From Candidatus Limnocylindrales bacterium (GTDB lineage Bacteria > Chloroflexota > Limnocylindria > Limnocylindrales > CSP1-4), in NCBI GenBank assembly GCA_038239115.1, contig JBBSFD010000015.1, positions 1,544 to 65,543 on the forward strand: 64,000 nt of DNA, read 5' to 3'. Under the pieces are notes generated by a model. The model saw nothing but the letters and a program-made list of their open reading frames with translations, ran no database searches and was not told the origin of the DNA. Of this stretch, positions 56,859 through 64,000 are shown one piece after another. The position numbers and the translations under genes are program-made. Within the stretch, counting starts at the first letter, position 1. Each line of letters begins with the position of its first letter.

Positions 56859-57956
56859 ATGCAGTTCCTGTGGCCGGGCCTCCTGCTCGCCATCGTCCTC
56901 GTGCCGTTGCTGATCGCCGGCTACATCTGGCGCCAGCGCCGCCGGCGCACGACCGGAATCCGCTACTCCAGCCTGGCCCTGATCCGGGCGGCCCAGCCGG
57001 GCAAGGGCCGCTGGCGCCGGCACGTGCCATTCGCCCTGTTCGCGGCGGCGGTCGCGGCGCTCGTCCTGGCCCTCGGCCGGCCGATCGCGATTGCCAGCGT
57101 GCCGGCCAACCAGACCACGATCATCCTCACGATCGACGTCTCGGGCAGCATGTGCTCGACAGACGTGGACCCGTACCGGCTCGCGGCCGCCGAGGCTGCC
57201 GCGGCCCAGTTCATCAAGGCTCAAAGCTCGAGCACCCAGATCGGGATTGTCGCCTTCAGCAGCTTCGCCCAGGTGGTCCAGGCACCGACCAACGACCAGA
57301 ACGCGCTGCTCGGCGCGCTCCAGAGCCTGACCACCGGCCGGCGTACCGGGATCGGCAACGGGATCCTGGCCGCGATCGACGCGATCTCGCAGGTCGACCC
57401 CTCGATCCCGGCCAGCACCGGCAACGGCAACCCCGGGACCGAGCCGGCGCCCGTGCCGGCCGGCGACTACGCCCCGGACATCATCGTCCTCCTGACCGAC
57501 GGCGCGAACAACACCGGCGAGGAGCCGGCTGCGGCCGCTCAGGAGGCCGCCACCCGCGGCATCCGGGTCTACACGATCGGCTTCGGCACGCCCCAGGGCG
57601 GCCAGTTCGACGCGACCTGCGCGACCCAGTTCCTGGGCAATGAGCCGGGCGGCGGCTTCGGCGGCGGCGCCGGCGGCGGCGCCGGCGGCGGGGGCGGCTT
57701 CGGTGGTGGCGGCGGCGGCAATGGCTTCCGGCGCGGGATCGACGACCAGGACCTGATGCAGGTCGCGACAATCACCGGCGCCAAGTACTACCCAGCCGAG
57801 AGCGCCGAGCAGCTCGAGAGCGTCTTCGGCAGCCTGCCCACGAACCTGATCACGAAGCACGAAGTGACCGAGCTCAGCGTGGGCTTCGTGGCGATCGCGG
57901 CCGGCCTGGCCGGAGCGTCGCTGCTCCTCGGGCGAGCCTGGCGCCCGCTGCCCTAG
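56859..57956 (+). CDS. Membrane VWA protein (BatA-like paralog) with a Gly-rich insertion
   Basis: MQFLWP, DVSGSM, LLTDGAN and VYTIGFG motifs; Gly tract at about 57648-57726. Confidence 0.92.
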   Translation: MQFLWPGLLLAIVLVPLLIAGYIWRQRRRRTTGIRYSSLALIRAAQPGKGRWRRHVPFALFAAAVAALVLALGRPIAIASVPANQTTIILTIDVSGSMCSTDVDPYRLAAAEAAAAQFIKAQSSSTQIGIVAFSSFAQVVQAPTNDQNALLGALQSLTTGRRTGIGNGILAAIDAISQVDPSIPASTGNGNPGTEPAPVPAGDYAPDIIVLLTDGANNTGEEPAAAAQEAATRGIRVYTIGFGTPQGGQFDATCATQFLGNEPGGGFGGGAGGGAGGGGGFGGGGGGNGFRRGIDDQDLMQVATITGAKYYPAESAEQLESVFGSLPTNLITKHEVTELSVGFVAIAAGLAGASLLLGRAWRPLP

Positions 57957-58013
57957 GTTCCGCTGCCGGGTGGCTCCCTTGCAGCGCTCCACCAGTGGTC
58001 TACGCTACGGGCC

Positions 58014-61000
58014 GTGATCTGCCCCAACTGCGCAACCGAGAACAAGCCAGGGCGGAAGTTCTGCGTCGCTTGCGCGACGCCGCTGGCCGCGGCCTGCCCC
58101 AACTGCGGCGCCTCGTTCGATCCCGGTGACGCGTTCTGTGGCGAGTGCGGCACCCCCCTGACAGCCACTGCGCCAGCGGCACGGTCGACGAACTCGGCAT
58201 CCACAGCCCAGCCGGCCCTGGCCGAACGTCGCCTCGTCACGATCCTGTTTGCCGACCTCGTCGGGTTCACCCCGTTCGCCGAGGAGCGCGACGCGGAGGA
58301 CGTCCGCGACACGCTCACGCGTTACTTCGAGATCGCCTCCGAGATCATCGCCCGCTACGGCGGCACCGTCGAGAAGTTCATCGGCGACGCGGTCATGGCC
58401 GTGTGGGGTGCCCCGACCGCCCGCGAAGACGACGCGGAGCGCGCCGTCCGGGCCGGCCTCGACCTGGTCGACGCCGTGCGCAGTCTTGGCCCGACGATCC
58501 AGGCCCGGGCCGGCGTCCTCACTGGCGAAGCGGCCGTGACCCTGAAGGCCACGAACCAGGGCATGGTCGCGGGCGACCTGGTCAACACCGCGGCCCGCCT
58601 CCAGTCGGTTGCCCAGCCCGGCACCGTGCTCGTCGGCGAGGCGACCCAGCGCGCGTCGAGCGCGGCAATCGCGTTCGAGGAGGCCGGCGAGCAGGTGCTC
58701 AAGGGCAAGCAGGCCCCCGTGGCCGCCTGGCGCGCCCTGCGGGTCGTCGGCCAGCGCGGTGGCCAGGGTCGCTCGGACCTGCCCGAACCGCCCTTCGTCG
58801 GGCGCGAGGAGGAGCTGCGCCTGCTCAAAGACGTGATCGCCACGACCGGTCGGGATGGCAAAGCGCGCCTGATCTCGATCACTGGTCCCGCCGGGATCGG
58901 CAAGAGCCGGCTCGCCTGGGAGCTCGAGAAGTACATCGACGGGATCAGCGCCACGATCTACTGGCATCGCGGCCGCTCGCCCTCGTACGGCGAGGGGATC
59001 ACGTTCTGGGCCCTGGGCGAGATGGTCCGTCGCCGGTTGCACCTGGTCGAGGATGACGACGAGGCAACCAGCCGCGAGCGGATCGACTCGACGATCACCG
59101 AGTTCATTCCCGACGAGGAGGACCGGCGCTGGGTCAAGCCAGCCCTGCTCACGTTGCTCGGCCTGGCGCCCGCTCCGGCCGGCGGCCGGGACGTCCTGTT
59201 CGCGGCCTGGCGGATCTTCTTCGAGCGGGTCGCCGATCGGGGCACCACCGTCCTTCTGTTCGAGGACCTCCAGTGGGCCGACACCGGCCTGCTCGACTTC
59301 ATCGAGTACCTGCTCGAGTGGTCGCGGACCTCGCCGATCCTGGTCGTGGCCCTGGCCCGCCCGGAGCTGTTCGAACGCCGGCCCGACTGGGGAGCGGAAG
59401 CCCGCAACCTGACCCGCCTGGCGCTCGAGCCGCTGACCGATGAGTCGATGCGCGAGCTCCTCGATGGCTTCGTGCCGGGCCTCCCCGGCCATGCCGTCGC
59501 GGCGATCCTGGCCCGGGCCGACGGGATGCCGCTATACGCCGTGGAGACGGTCCGGGCCCTGGTCGCCGATGGCCGGCTCGTCCGCGAGGGCGCGATCTAC
59601 CGGCCGGCCGGCGCGCTGGGCGAGCTGGCGATTCCGGAGACCCTGCGCAGCCTGATCGCCTCGCGCCTCGATGCCCTCGATCCGGCCGATCGGAGCTTGG
59701 TCGCCGACGCCGCCGTGCTCGGTCAGTCGTTCACCCCCGCCGGCCTGGGCGCCATCAGCGGCCAGGATGCTGCCGAGATCGAGCCGCGCCTGCGGGCGCT
59801 CGTCCGGCGCGAGATCTTCGAGCTCGAGGCCGACCCTCGGTCACCCGAGCGCGGCCAGTACGGCTTCGTCCAGTCACTCATCCGCGAGGTCGCCTACGGC
59901 ACCCTGGCCAAGCGTGAGCGGCGTGCCCGCCACCTGGCGGCGGCGCGCTACTTCGAGGCGCTCGGCGAGGACGAGCTGGCGGGCGCCCTGGCGTCCCACT
60001 ATCTCGCCGCCCACGAGGCTTCGGCCGAGGGCGCCGAGGCAGACGCCGTCGCGATCCAGGCCCGGATCGCCCTGTCCGCAGCAGCCGACCGGGCCGTCGC
60101 ACTTGGCGGCCATGAGCAGGCTGTCGCCTTCCTTCGTTCGGCCGCGGCCATCACCGATGATCCGGTCGACCGAGCTGCCCTCCTGCGCCGAGCCGCCTGG
60201 TCGGCCAACGCCCGCAGCCACCACGACGAAGCTCGGACCCTGGGCGAGGAGGCGCTGGCCACCTCTGAAGGCGCCGACGATCGCGAGGGCACCGGCAGGG
60301 CCCAGTCCTTGCTCGGCGAGATCCTGATGGACGCCGGCCTGATTCGCGAATCGCGGGCGGTCCTTGACGCGGCGGCCGCCGCCCTGCCCGAGTCGGGCAT
60401 GGACGAGGTGCGGGCCGAGGTCTACAGCAACCTGTCACGAGTGTTGATGCGACTGACCGAATCCGGAGCGGCGGTGGCCGCAGCAGACGTTGCGTTGCCC
60501 ATTGCCGAGCGGCTCCACCTCGACCGTGTCCTCGCTGAGACGCTCAACAACAAGGGCTCGGCCCTGGGTCAGATCGCGCGCCGGCGCGAGGCCAACGCCC
60601 TGCTCCGGGCCGCCGTCGACATTGCCCAGGCCGGCGGGCATGTGACGGCGGAGATTCGCGCCCTGGCCAACATGGCCGCGGCCATCGAGGACCCGCTTGA
60701 GTCGAGCCCGGTCAACCGCCAGGCCTTCGATTTGGCGATGCGCGTCGGCAACGTGAACCTGGCCCGCTGGAGCCGCGAGTCCTTCCGGTTCTCCAGCTTC
60801 CTCCTGGCCGAGCGCTGGGACGAGCCGCTGGCCGAGTCCTGGGCCGACGTTGACGCTTCATTCGGTGGCGGGTCGTCCCTGAACGACGAGGCCCGCTGGA
60901 TCGGCACCAGCGTGACGATGCGGATGCATCGCGGCCTGCCGGTCGATGACCTCCTGGCTCGACTCGACGTGATCGCCGGCGCAGTTTCCGACCCGAGTGT

Positions 61001-61554
61001 CCCCGCGGAGGTCCTGGCGCATCAGGCGTCGCTCGCGCTCGTGGCCGGTGACTACCCACGAGCCGCGCGGCTCAACCTGGAAGCGGCCGGCCTTGGAGCG
61101 CAGATCACGTTCATCTACCTCTCCTTCGCCGTTCGGGCCTTGCTCCTGGCCGGCGACTTGGAAGGTGCTCGCCTGGCGGAGGCCCGACCGCGAGGAATCG
61201 CAGGGCAACCTGATCGATAACGCGCTTGGAGTCGCCGCGCAGGCCGGGATGGCCGCTCTCGATGGGCGTCTTGACGAGGCCATCGCTGGCTACCGCGAAG
61301 CGTTGGAGCGACTCGGGGCCATCCACATCGAATGGCTGGTTGCCTTGCTCGGATTCGAGTTCATGACGCTGGTGGGCAGCGACCACCCCGCGACCCGTGA
61401 AGCGGCAGTTCGCTCCCGGGCCATCTTCGAACGGGTCAATGCCCGGCCGTGGCTGGCCAAGCTCGACGCCCTCGAGGCCGAGCGCCCTGTGGCCCCGGCC
61501 GGAGCTGGCCGCGACGCCCATGCCGCCCGAGTTGCTGACAAGCTCGCCCTGTAG
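58014..61554 (+). CDS. Double-zinc-ribbon / class III adenylate cyclase / STAND-like ATPase / TPR protein, frameshifted near 61185
   Basis: Four CxxC pairs; ILFADLVGFT, KFIGDAVMA, GDLVNTAARLQ, GPAGIGKS and FEDLQWAD motifs. Frame 1 stops at 61220, and a helical-looking tail continues in the +1 frame to 61554. Confidence 0.85.
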
Positions 61555-61809
61555 CGATCGTTATGGTCGGTCGCGGGTCGATTCGGGGCCCTCGTCGGGT
61601 CGGAGCCCGATCCACTGGAGCCGTTTCGTGCTCACGGTCACCTCGATAGGCGCCGCTGACCGCTGACCAACATTCGCGAGTCGCCCTAAGAGCCGCTACA
61701 GCGCGAATTTGGCACGAGCGCCAGCAGCGGCCGATCAGGACTAGAGTGGCTCGGAGACCCCGCGGATTCGTTGACGACCAACCGACCCGGGTGTCCAGGA
61801 GGCGACTCG

Positions 61810-62154
61810 ATGGCGCTTGGTGCTGCTGCATTCCCGATCCTGCCGGGCAAGACGGATGAATGGCGAACATTCATCGGCGAGCTGAACGGCAGCCGACGGG
61901 CGGAATACGAGGCCAACCGCAAGTCCGTTGGCGTCCGCGAGCGCGCCTACTTCCAGCCGACCCCGATGGGCGACCTCGTGATCCTCACCCTCGAGGGCGA
62001 CGATCCGGCGGGAGCCTTCAGCCGGCTCGCCGCGATGACCGATCCGTTCTCGACCTGGTTCTTCGAGCAGGTCCAGAACGTCCACGGCTTCGACATTCGC
62101 GACGTGGCGGCCGGCCCGATGCCGCAGCTCGTCGTCGACTCAGCCTCCGAGTAG
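61810..62154 (+). CDS. Conserved hypothetical protein (small alpha/beta-barrel-like)
   Basis: AGGAGG Shine-Dalgarno; FPILPGK..EWR.F, GV.ERAY.Q and DPFS.WF motifs; strong GC3 bias. Confidence 0.7.
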   Translation: MALGAAAFPILPGKTDEWRTFIGELNGSRRAEYEANRKSVGVRERAYFQPTPMGDLVILTLEGDDPAGAFSRLAAMTDPFSTWFFEQVQNVHGFDIRDVAAGPMPQLVVDSASE

Positions 62155-62216
62155 CACCGGGCGGGCGGCCGCCGGCGCGGTCGCCCTGGCCTCGGCCAAC
62201 GTGGGATCATCGGCCG

Positions 62217-63500
62217 ATGACATATGACGTCGACGAGATCCGGGCGCATTTCCCGGCACTGTCCCTGCGCGATGACGCCGGCCAGCCGCTCGCGTTCTTC
62301 GACGGCCCGGGCGGGACGCAGGTCCCGGCCGAGGTCATCGACGCGGTCAGCCGCTACTACCGCGAATCGAACGCCAACAACGGCGGTCCGTTCCTGACGA
62401 GCGTGCGCAGCGACGAGCTCGTCGAGCACGCCCACACGGCCGTGGCCGAGTTCCTAAACGCGGCGAGCGGCGACGAGATCAAGTTCGGCGCGAACATGAC
62501 CTCGCTCACCTTCCACATCAGCCGCTCGATCGGGGCGACGCTCGAGCCGGGCGACGAGATCGTGCTCACGACGCTCGACCACGAGGCGAACGTGTCGCCC
62601 TGGCGGGCGATGGCGGCGGATCGCGGAGTGACCGTCAGGACCGTCGACATCCACCCTGAGGACGGCACCCTTGACCTTGATGACCTCGATCGGCAGCTGT
62701 CCGATCGAACCCGTCTCGTGGCCGTCGGCTACGCCTCGAACGCCCTGGGCACGATCAACCTGGTGGCCCAGATCGTGGCCAAGGCACATGCGGTTGGCGC
62801 CCTGTCCTACGTCGACGCGGTCCACTTCGCGCCGCACGGCCCGATCGACGTGCAGGCGCTCGACACCGACTTCCTCGTGTGCTCGGCCTACAAGTTCTTC
62901 GGTCCCCACCTTGGTGCGCTGTACGGCAAGGGCGCCGTCCTCGACGGTCTGCCGGCGTACAAGGTTCGGCCCGCGCACGACCGGTTCGAGACCGGCACGC
63001 CCAACTTCGAGGCGATCTCAGGCACCCTCGCGGCGGTCGATTACCTGGCCGGGCTCGGTGAGCGCTTCGGCGGAGCGTTTGTCGGCGACGCCGACTTCCG
63101 AGGCCTCACCGGCCGGCGACTTCGGCTCAAGACGGCGATGCGCGCGATCCGGACCTATGAGATGGGTCTGTTCGCCCGCCTCATGGACGGCCTCGAGGCG
63201 ATCCCCGGAGCGCGGATCTGGGGGATCACCGATCGCGCTCGCTTCGTGGACCGGACGCCCACCGCCGCGGTCAGCTTCGCCGGGATCTCGCCTCGCGCGG
63301 CGTCGGAAGCGCTCGGCCGGCTCCGGATCACCACCTGGGATGGCGACTTCTATGCCCAAGGCCTGATCGAGCGGCTCGGCCTGGCCGAGACCGGCGGGGT
63401 CCTGCGGATCGGGCTCGCCCACTACAACACGGCGGGCGAGGTCGATCGTCTCGTCGGGACCCTGACCGAGATCGCCTCGGCGTCAGTCCCAGTCGCCTAG
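62217..63500 (+). CDS. Cysteine-desulfurase-like class V PLP enzyme (VC1184-type subfamily)
   Basis: FDGPGGTQVP, LDHEANVSPW, VDAVH, CSAYKFFGPH and FETGT motifs; GDFYA in place of the catalytic Cys loop. Confidence 0.9.
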   Translation: MTYDVDEIRAHFPALSLRDDAGQPLAFFDGPGGTQVPAEVIDAVSRYYRESNANNGGPFLTSVRSDELVEHAHTAVAEFLNAASGDEIKFGANMTSLTFHISRSIGATLEPGDEIVLTTLDHEANVSPWRAMAADRGVTVRTVDIHPEDGTLDLDDLDRQLSDRTRLVAVGYASNALGTINLVAQIVAKAHAVGALSYVDAVHFAPHGPIDVQALDTDFLVCSAYKFFGPHLGALYGKGAVLDGLPAYKVRPAHDRFETGTPNFEAISGTLAAVDYLAGLGERFGGAFVGDADFRGLTGRRLRLKTAMRAIRTYEMGLFARLMDGLEAIPGARIWGITDRARFVDRTPTAAVSFAGISPRAASEALGRLRITTWDGDFYAQGLIERLGLAETGGVLRIGLAHYNTAGEVDRLVGTLTEIASASVPVA

Positions 63501-63519
63501 CGGCCGCGCCGAGCCCGCC

Positions 63520-64000
63520 ATGCCTGCCGAGTCGATCACCCGGGTCCCAGCGAGTCAGCGGCGCTCGGCCTACGCCACTCTCACGATCGCCTTCTCGGCC
63601 GACCCGATCATGCGTTGGCTCTACCCCGAAGCCGAACTGTTCATGGCCGAATTTCCGGGCCTCCTGGAGGTATATGGCGGCAAGTCGTTCGCCGCTCAGG
63701 CGGCCTGGCGGGCGGGGTCGTCCTCGGCCGTCTCGCTGTGGCTGCCACCGCGAGTGGACGTGGATGGCGAAGCGTTCGTCGACTACATGATCCGGACAGT
63801 CGCCGCCGACAAGCATGACGAGCTCTTGTCTGTGGTCGAGCAGATGGGCGAGCGGCATCCGCCCGAGCCCGTGTGGTACCTGGCGCTGCTGGGTGTCGAC
63901 GCGGCCCTCCAGGGCCAGGGCCTGGGAGCGCAGCTCATGACCCACGACCTCAAGATCGTCGACCACGACCACCTGCCGGCCTATCTCGATTCCTCGAACC
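63520..64000 (+). CDS. GNAT N-acetyltransferase, runs off the right edge
   Basis: Translated by eye: AFSADPIMRW...SLWLPP...WYLALLGVD..LQGQGLG..L...PAYLDSSN. Confidence 0.88.
   Translation, partial: MPAESITRVPASQRRSAYATLTIAFSADPIMRWLYPEAELFMAEFPGLLEVYGGKSFAAQAAWRAGSSSAVSLWLPPRVDVDGEAFVDYMIRTVAADKHDELLSVVEQMGERHPPEPVWYLALLGVDAALQGQGLGAQLMTHDLKIVDHDHLPAYLDSSN

Noticed and set aside
57648-57726. GGC-rich tract as a separate repeat element
   Set aside because: In-frame Gly-rich loop of the VWA protein
58014-61554. Anti-phage STAND (Avs) or CBASS/Pycsar-type defence system
   Set aside because: The architecture matches the common zinc-ribbon/cyclase/ATPase/TPR signalling family; no adjacent effector gene
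62217-63500. SufS/IscS Fe-S cluster desulfurase
   Set aside because: Lacks the catalytic Cys loop, and there are no suf/isc neighbours

Overview
High-GC bacterial DNA. The gene repertoire and the many leaderless TAnnnT-(6-8 nt)-start genes are compatible with Chloroflexota or Actinomycetota (inference only). Four blocks are present. (1) 1-29.7 kb is a Wzx/Wzy-type surface-polysaccharide locus with many tailoring enzymes. It contains a six-gene operon: carrier protein, acyl-CoA dehydrogenase, SerRS-like amino acid:carrier-protein ligase, DUF1839, GH2 and a tandem alpha/beta hydrolase. A secreted GH25 muramidase follows. (2) 32.4-52.5 kb is an aerobic purine-catabolism cluster (guaD, xanthine dehydrogenase, uricase, HIU hydrolase, OHCU decarboxylase, cyclic amidohydrolase). 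Uricase is fused in one ORF to malate synthase through a Pro/Glu-rich repeat linker, and no recognisable allantoate-to-glyoxylate enzymes are present. (3) 42.6-49.7 kb interrupts that cluster: murT-gatD, two secreted beta-propellers and an ApbE/ferric-reductase-like flavinylation module, with both operons preceded by the same direct-repeat operator-like motif. (4) 52.8-64 kb holds a protease-MoxR-DUF58-VWA-VWA operon, a frameshifted class III cyclase-ATPase, a cysteine-desulfurase-like gene and a GNAT. No rRNA, tRNA, CRISPR array or transposase was recognised. All calls come from reading motifs by eye; no database search was run.
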